A DNA stretch of 64,000 bases from Myxococcota bacterium (GTDB taxonomy: Bacteria; Myxococcota; XYA12-FULL-58-9; JALHOP01), in the NCBI GenBank assembly GCA_041288095.1, contig JBGGMJ010000212.1, forward strand, positions 1 through 64,000, written 5' to 3'. Below the pieces are notes generated by a model. It worked only from the letters and a program-made list of their open reading frames with translations, did not search any database and was not told the DNA's origin. The translations under genes were made by a program, and so were the position numbers. Positions 59,801 to 64,000 of the stretch are shown here, one piece after another (the stretch's first letter is position 1; every line of letters begins with the position of its first letter).

Positions 59801-61125
59801 TGCGTGAAGCCGGCGAGATTTCCAACAACCATCCCCATCCGGCCGGACACCGCGCCCAGTGTCGCCGGCAGCGGTGGATTCAAGCCGTCGCTTGCTTGAA
59901 TGCGCAAGCGCACCAGATCGGGCTGGGCGTTGCCGATGTCGGCCACCGAGTCCCAGCGGAAGATGTGCACGATGCCCCGTCCCTCGGCGGTAGTTAGATC
60001 GTAGCGGCCGTGGCTCAGCTCGTCGGGATATTCGCTGCAAGGCGCCCAGAGGAGCTCATCGTCCATCGCGTATTCGACGGTGATGTCGACCAAGTCGGCC
60101 TCGGCGTCCGACACTCGATACTCGACGCTGATCGCGCCCGAGATGCCGTCGATCAAGCCACCTTGCGCGAAGATGCCCTGCACGATCGGAGCCGTCTGGT
60201 TGTCGACCGACAGGGTCACGACCGACCATGCTCCGTAATCGCGGACGCCGTCGATCTCGTCGTAGGCACGCATGCGCAAACCCACCGCTGTCTCCGTGCG
60301 CGCGCCGATGCCGCCGACGAGGAGAGGTGCCTCGCTATCCCACACCAAGACGTTCTCGCGCCCGTCGCTCTCGAGGTCCGCGACGACACCGACGCGCAAC
60401 CGCGCATCCCGCCAGACATCTAGGTCGTCGAGACGGTACTGGATTTCCACGTTCGCGGGATCGAACGCGGTGTCGGTCACACGGAACTCTACCGGGATGT
60501 CGCCGCGGAACGTGCGGGTGTCGAGCAGGACCTCGGTGGCTGGCGCGTCGTTGCCCGCGCCCACGATGCTGGTCGTGAAAGTCTGTCCGGCGAGAGCGGG
60601 CGAGCCGTCGTCCGTAGGGGTCGCGCGCGCCGCGAAGGTCGGCGTGTAGGCCACGACGTCGACGTCGCCGACCTCGTCACCATCGGTGTCTGCTTGCCGC
60701 ACCGTGAGGCCACAGCCCCCGGTGGCCTCGTTCACGAGATCGAGCAGGACGCGATAGTCCACGCCGTCGCTCGACGCGGAAAGGTCGTTGACCCCGTTCG
60801 CCGTGGAAGCAAGGCACCAAATGCTCTGATCGCGTGAGTATTCGACGGCGAGGGACACGCGGTCGTCGCCGAAAGGCGCGGCGTTGGCGTCCCGCACCGT
60901 GATATCGAGCTCGACCTCGCGCGTCACGCGCTCGATGTCCGCGATAGCGACACCGGGCGCGAGGTTCCCTTGACCCTCGGCGCAGCTATTGGTCACCGGA
61001 TTGCAGCGCGACCCTTCGGGACAATCGTCATCATCGGCACAGGTGACGATGACGCCTTCGGGAATTCCCAGGTCGACGGAGCACGACGCCAAGAGCAAAG
61101 CGGGTAAGCAATGACGGAAGCGCAT
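56830..61125 (-). CDS. Large FG-GAP/VCBS-repeat surface lipoprotein
   Basis: LLASC lipobox; many GDFDGDG..D repeats. Confidence 0.88.
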   Translation of the reverse strand: MRFRHCLPALLLASCSVDLGIPEGVIVTCADDDDCPEGSRCNPVTNSCAEGQGNLAPGVAIADIERVTREVELDITVRDANAAPFGDDRVSLAVEYSRDQSIWCLASTANGVNDLSASSDGVDYRVLLDLVNEATGGCGLTVRQADTDGDEVGDVDVVAYTPTFAARATPTDDGSPALAGQTFTTSIVGAGNDAPATEVLLDTRTFRGDIPVEFRVTDTAFDPANVEIQYRLDDLDVWRDARLRVGVVADLESDGRENVLVWDSEAPLLVGGIGARTETAVGLRMRAYDEIDGVRDYGAWSVVTLSVDNQTAPIVQGIFAQGGLIDGISGAISVEYRVSDAEADLVDITVEYAMDDELLWAPCSEYPDELSHGRYDLTTAEGRGIVHIFRWDSVADIGNAQPDLVRLRIQASDGLNPPLPATLGAVSGRMGMVVGNLAGFTQDIQGLAGVIDPVAMGDFNADGFADAAYFNGTQLVLRLGSSTGLGGFGVIAVANDRPRMAVTRFNADGADDLLIRVDGTTVRPFRGVPGAVTPASTLLAGTNVTSPASPDRDITAGDFDGDGDIDFVINDFEEVRLYLGNGAGAFTLDTNAYGLPTDIFELAAGDFDGDGFADLATASAAPTLLAPIMVWFGQASVAGGPRLGTPVQVTALRYTVDDDAVVDQEEGVVLASGNANGDAFADLGATATELAQNGRTGLLLGSSTRDFARVNGTAIEGRPRTVRFGDVNGDGRQDLVTSTDQEVLGIDRLIPGASPVMQRLSTIDVSSCLTTSPLSHATADVTGDGRSEIVVARRGCDDVLYLSPQPAPAAGSGAFGTPNTVSGSAIVNAFEVADVDSDGLLDALWLDRQSDAAFVFQATADLTHATGGLRLAGVGFFDANISGGLRAPFIADLNGDGLLDGVTHDGDLQQREWVLLGELGQGAGTFGLQPRAVLTSAAVDFLFSFRMDAFDLNRDGPAELIEISGPDVRIHHPVIVGGVWQGSYADETITTGLASLMAVVPADINNDGVLDLVVTANNGANSNIEILTANVSGGAPTGTFSRACAAPLVVNAVHTAIAVADFNDDGLQDLAFGLSAGGNTQIRTYGITFGPCALSAIPGTSPVLGGGQPNSIHAADVNHDGISDIVALVGAGAARRVWVASGLADQGKATGFFSAWGDVGTLSEGRMIRLADSNRDGVNDLFIASELQETVGVALGNRISSFGAWSRALPPGNVLGPGADFAADRFGTPKVQRLMTRFYGDLEPRQPGEQRDFMSEARASLLPQATNAKLRPLSRAIAFSGDVALGADTQDDVRYRIVHKLGTPVARGLSLDDPATPRGVVVTMPVMPALSAVPITGGGARPVVVYVRATDWVRASDWPDDPLFQDARGDEVLPLRNGRPVIRPITTWETVPADADGDLATGTGPRFVTRPGFVDVALDTLGVVQAFYIAP

Positions 61126-61161
61126 TCTCCCGCCTTTTTACCCTCAAACCGGGGAGCAGGC

Positions 61162-61809
61162 CTATGACCGCGTGAACACCACGTGGGTCGCCTTTTCGGT
61201 GGCAGCGTGCTCGCTCACGCGATAGCCGAGCTTCGGCAGATCGATACCTCGCAAGAGGTGCTCACCCTTGCCCAAGACGACCGGTGACACGACGAGGTGG
61301 AGCTCATCGATGGCGCCCGCCTCCAGGTAATGGCGAACGGTCGCGACTCCTCCACCGACGCGAATGTCTTTCGCGCCCGCCGCCTCCTTCGCTCGCCGCA
61401 TGGCCTCATCCGGTCCGCCCGTCACGAAGTGGAACGTCGTGCCACCCTTCATCTCGAACGACTTGCGCGCATGGTGCGTGAGCACGAAGACCGGCACGTG
61501 GTACGGCGGTTCCTCGCCCCACCAACCTTGCCACGACTCATCGGGCCACGGTCCGCGCACGGGGCCGAACATGTTGCGGCCGAGGATCCAAGCGCCGAGG
61601 CCCGCCATGCTGCGCTTCGCAAAGTCGTCGTCGACCCCGGTCGTTCCCTCGTCGCGCCCACCAAACATGGTGTGGAAGGTCCGGGTCGTGACCATCCAGC
61701 CATGGAGCTGTTCGCCGCGCTCTCCCATTGGCTTGTCCAAGGTCTGGCTCGAGCCGGCGCCATAGCCGTCGAGCGAGATGGTGAAAGCGTTCACACGTAC
61801 TTTGCTCAT
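61162..61809 (-). CDS. Dihydrofolate reductase / RibD C-terminal family protein
   Basis: ISLDGY, ILGRNMF, VFVLTH, GGGVAT, IDELHL. Confidence 0.92.
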   Translation of the reverse strand: MSKVRVNAFTISLDGYGAGSSQTLDKPMGERGEQLHGWMVTTRTFHTMFGGRDEGTTGVDDDFAKRSMAGLGAWILGRNMFGPVRGPWPDESWQGWWGEEPPYHVPVFVLTHHARKSFEMKGGTTFHFVTGGPDEAMRRAKEAAGAKDIRVGGGVATVRHYLEAGAIDELHLVVSPVVLGKGEHLLRGIDLPKLGYRVSEHAATEKATHVVFTRS

Positions 61810-61848
61810 GCGGACTCCTCGTAGTGCCAGCGTGGCTCAGGGCCCCGC

Positions 61849-61875
61849 GAAACGGGCCCCCTTACCCCGCGATAA
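61849..61875 (+). promoter_or_regulatory. sigma28-like promoter GAAAC-N14-CGCGATAA
   Basis: Degenerate -10, 8 nt before ATG 61884. Confidence 0.5.
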
Positions 61876-61883
61876 CCGGTTCC

Positions 61884-62465
61884 ATGAACCAGGCAATCGC
61901 GACTCCAACCGGCCAGGGTATCGCCCTCGCGGGGCTAGCGACCGAACATCTGCCAGCGACCGTACCGCCGGGTCCCGGCGAGCCGCTTCCTCCGCCAAAA
62001 CCTTCGTGGCTGCAAGACGTCATGGCGAGCGACGCCGGCGTCGGCCTCAAGCGTTGGATGAACGGCATTGGCGCGGGCCTCGGGTACATCGCACCGGCCG
62101 CCATGGTCCTCGGTAGCGCCTACTACACGAGCCACATGCCCGGCAGCTACAGCGACGTCGCCACGGCAGCCGCGGTCGTAAGCATCGGTGGCAGTGTCTT
62201 ACAGGCCGTCTATCAGGGTTGGGACGGCGACGGCGCCATCGATACCTATCGCAAAGCGCAACACCCGAACCCGCGTTGGGCGAGCTTCCGCGATGTCATG
62301 GGCTACTTCGCGCTCCCGGCGATTGTCGCGAGCACCCTCGTCGGCGCCTTCGTCAGTCCAGGCCTAGGCATCGCCGCGGGTACCATCACGGCGCTCGGCG
62401 GCATGAGTCTCGCCCTGACGACGCACTTCTACAGGATAGAGAAGTACGGCAGCCGCGACCTCTAG
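61884..62465 (+). CDS. Hypothetical protein with Pro-rich N-terminus and 3-4 Gly/Ala-rich hydrophobic segments
   Basis: Start re-called at MNQAIATP. Confidence 0.65.
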   Translation: MNQAIATPTGQGIALAGLATEHLPATVPPGPGEPLPPPKPSWLQDVMASDAGVGLKRWMNGIGAGLGYIAPAAMVLGSAYYTSHMPGSYSDVATAAAVVSIGGSVLQAVYQGWDGDGAIDTYRKAQHPNPRWASFRDVMGYFALPAIVASTLVGAFVSPGLGIAAGTITALGGMSLALTTHFYRIEKYGSRDL

Positions 62466-63484
62466 ACGGGCGGCGGATTGCGCTCGGCGAAGTCCGTGCG
62501 TTGGTGCCAGTACGGGTAGATCGGTGTCACGGCGCTCGCTTCGTCGAGACGCTTCACCTGCTCGGCGCTGAGCGACCAGCCGATGCATGCGAGGTTCTGC
62601 TCGAGCTGTTCCGCGGTGCGTGCGCCGATGATCACCGACGACACGGTGGGGCGCTGTAACACCCAGTTGAGCGCGACCTGCGCGACCGACTTGCCGGTCT
62701 CCTTGGCGAGCACATCGAGCACGTCGACGATCTTGTAGACGTGCTCGTTGGGCACTGGGGGCCCCACCGTCTTGTGCAAGCGACTCTCCGCCGGCAGCGG
62801 CTGGCCACGGCGCAGTTTGCCGCCCAGCCTTCCCCAACCGAGCGGGCTCCACACCATCGTGCCGACCCCTTGGTCGAGCCCGAGCGGCATGAGCTCCCAT
62901 TCGAATTCGCGGCTGATGAGCGAGTAGTAAGCTTGGTGCGCCGCGTAGCGCGGCCAGCCATATCTGTCCGCGATAGCAAGCGACTTCATGAGGTGCCAGC
63001 CCGAGAAGTTCGAGCACGCGACGTAGCGGACCTTGCCGCTGGTCACCAGCGCGTCGAGCGCCTTCAAGACCTCTTCGATGGGCGTCTGCGCATCGAAGCC
63101 GTGGAGGTGGTAGATGTCGATGAAGTCGGTGCCGAGCCGCTTGAGCGAAGCCTCGCAGGCGCTGACGAGATGGTAGCGCGATGAGCCCAAGTCATTCGGG
63201 CCATCACCCATCTTGAAAGTCGCTTTGGTCGAGATGATGGCGTTCGGGCGGCGCTTGCCGAGGGCCTTGCCCAAGATCTCCTCCGCGAGCCCGCGCGAGT
63301 AGACGTCGGCGGTGTCGAAGAAGTTGCAGCCTACCTCGAAGCACATGTCGATGAGGCGCGTGGCCTCGGCGACATCGCTAGCGCCCCACGCCTTGAAGAA
63401 CTCGTTACCACCACCGAAGGTCGCGGTGCCGAAGCAGAGCGCCGGCACCTTGAGACCCGAATTGCCTAACCGACGAAAATCCAT
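62462..63484 (-). CDS. Aldo/keto reductase
   Basis: MDFRRLGNSGLKV, FDTADVY, STK, SLKRLGTDFIDIY, WSPL; start re-called. Confidence 0.95.
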   Translation of the reverse strand: MDFRRLGNSGLKVPALCFGTATFGGGNEFFKAWGASDVAEATRLIDMCFEVGCNFFDTADVYSRGLAEEILGKALGKRRPNAIISTKATFKMGDGPNDLGSSRYHLVSACEASLKRLGTDFIDIYHLHGFDAQTPIEEVLKALDALVTSGKVRYVACSNFSGWHLMKSLAIADRYGWPRYAAHQAYYSLISREFEWELMPLGLDQGVGTMVWSPLGWGRLGGKLRRGQPLPAESRLHKTVGPPVPNEHVYKIVDVLDVLAKETGKSVAQVALNWVLQRPTVSSVIIGARTAEQLEQNLACIGWSLSAEQVKRLDEASAVTPIYPYWHQRTDFAERNPPPV

Positions 63485-63653
63485 GGCGCCGTGAAAGCGC
63501 GGTTTGCGATCGCGCGCAAGAGGTCGCGGAGCAGGCATGCGACGTGCGCGCGACGCCCGCGCCAAGGAGGGCAAATCGCACATGCGCGACAGCGGAGTGT
63601 GGCGCTCCGCATCACCGCGACCGCCGGAATGGCCAATCTCGAGCAGTCGCGCG

Positions 63654-63669
63654 CGGCGCGGTGCTTGCA
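63654..63669 (+). promoter_or_regulatory. sigma54 -24/-12 promoter
   Basis: CGGCGCG-GTGC-TTGCA, GG-N10-GC, 30 nt before ATG 63699. Confidence 0.6.
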
Positions 63670-63698
63670 CACGCCCTTCGCAAACTGGAGGGTTTTAC

Positions 63699-63989
63699 AT
63701 GGGAGCTTTTGATCCACTGTTTCGCGGTAGGCGTCGTAGCTTCGGCCGTCGGGCCGCGCCCGGCATGATGATGGGCGGCGGCAAGATTGGCAGCTTGGTC
63801 GGCCTCGCTGGTCTGGGGTACGCCGCGTATCGGTTCTTGCAGACCGAGCGTGGCCGCGCCGTGCAGAGCAACGTCGTCGAGCACGTCCGCAACTTCGGAG
63901 AGCGCGTCCGCGCGCAATCCGAGGACCTCGGCACGCGCTGGTCCAAGTCGAAGTCAGGCGCGAGCGACCTCGGCGAAACACAGCTCTAG
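63699..63989 (+). CDS. Small membrane-associated hypothetical protein
   Basis: GGAGG RBS; LVGLAGLGYAAYRF. Confidence 0.65.
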   Translation: MGAFDPLFRGRRRSFGRRAAPGMMMGGGKIGSLVGLAGLGYAAYRFLQTERGRAVQSNVVEHVRNFGERVRAQSEDLGTRWSKSKSGASDLGETQL

Positions 63990-64000
63990 GACCGCTAGGG

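Noticed and set aside
56830..61125. Repeated nucleotide motifs suggesting an array
   Set aside because: They encode FG-GAP protein repeats; there is no repeat-spacer structure and no cas gene.

Overview
High-GC bacterial chromosome segment with a Myxococcota-like gene mix (inference): Ser/Thr kinase beside an FHA-sigma54 activator, Cys-rich lipoproteins, and PEGA, FG-GAP and Kelch surface proteins. It holds about 50 CDS; I saw no rRNA, tRNA or CRISPR array. The main hidden signal is a recurring bipartite promoter motif, RCAAC-N14/15-GCCGATRN, whose -10 box matches the sigma28/FliA consensus GCCGATAA. It lies just upstream of about 14 scattered transcription units. These encode a MepA-like murein endopeptidase, S8, M14, M64 and M13 proteases, phospholipase D, an alpha/beta hydrolase, PQQ dehydrogenases, a tyrosinase fusion, hairpin membrane proteins and unknowns. 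None has a Sec, Tat or lipoprotein signal, and most carry Ser/Thr/Pro-rich N-terminal extensions. I did not find the motif before genes with normal signal peptides. This suggests a sigma28-controlled set of type III or flagellar-exported lytic effectors (hypothesis). Other oddities: a circularly permuted HAD phosphatase, a duplicated propeller/PQQ-dehydrogenase operon with a tyrosinase fusion, and a triplicated unknown membrane domain.
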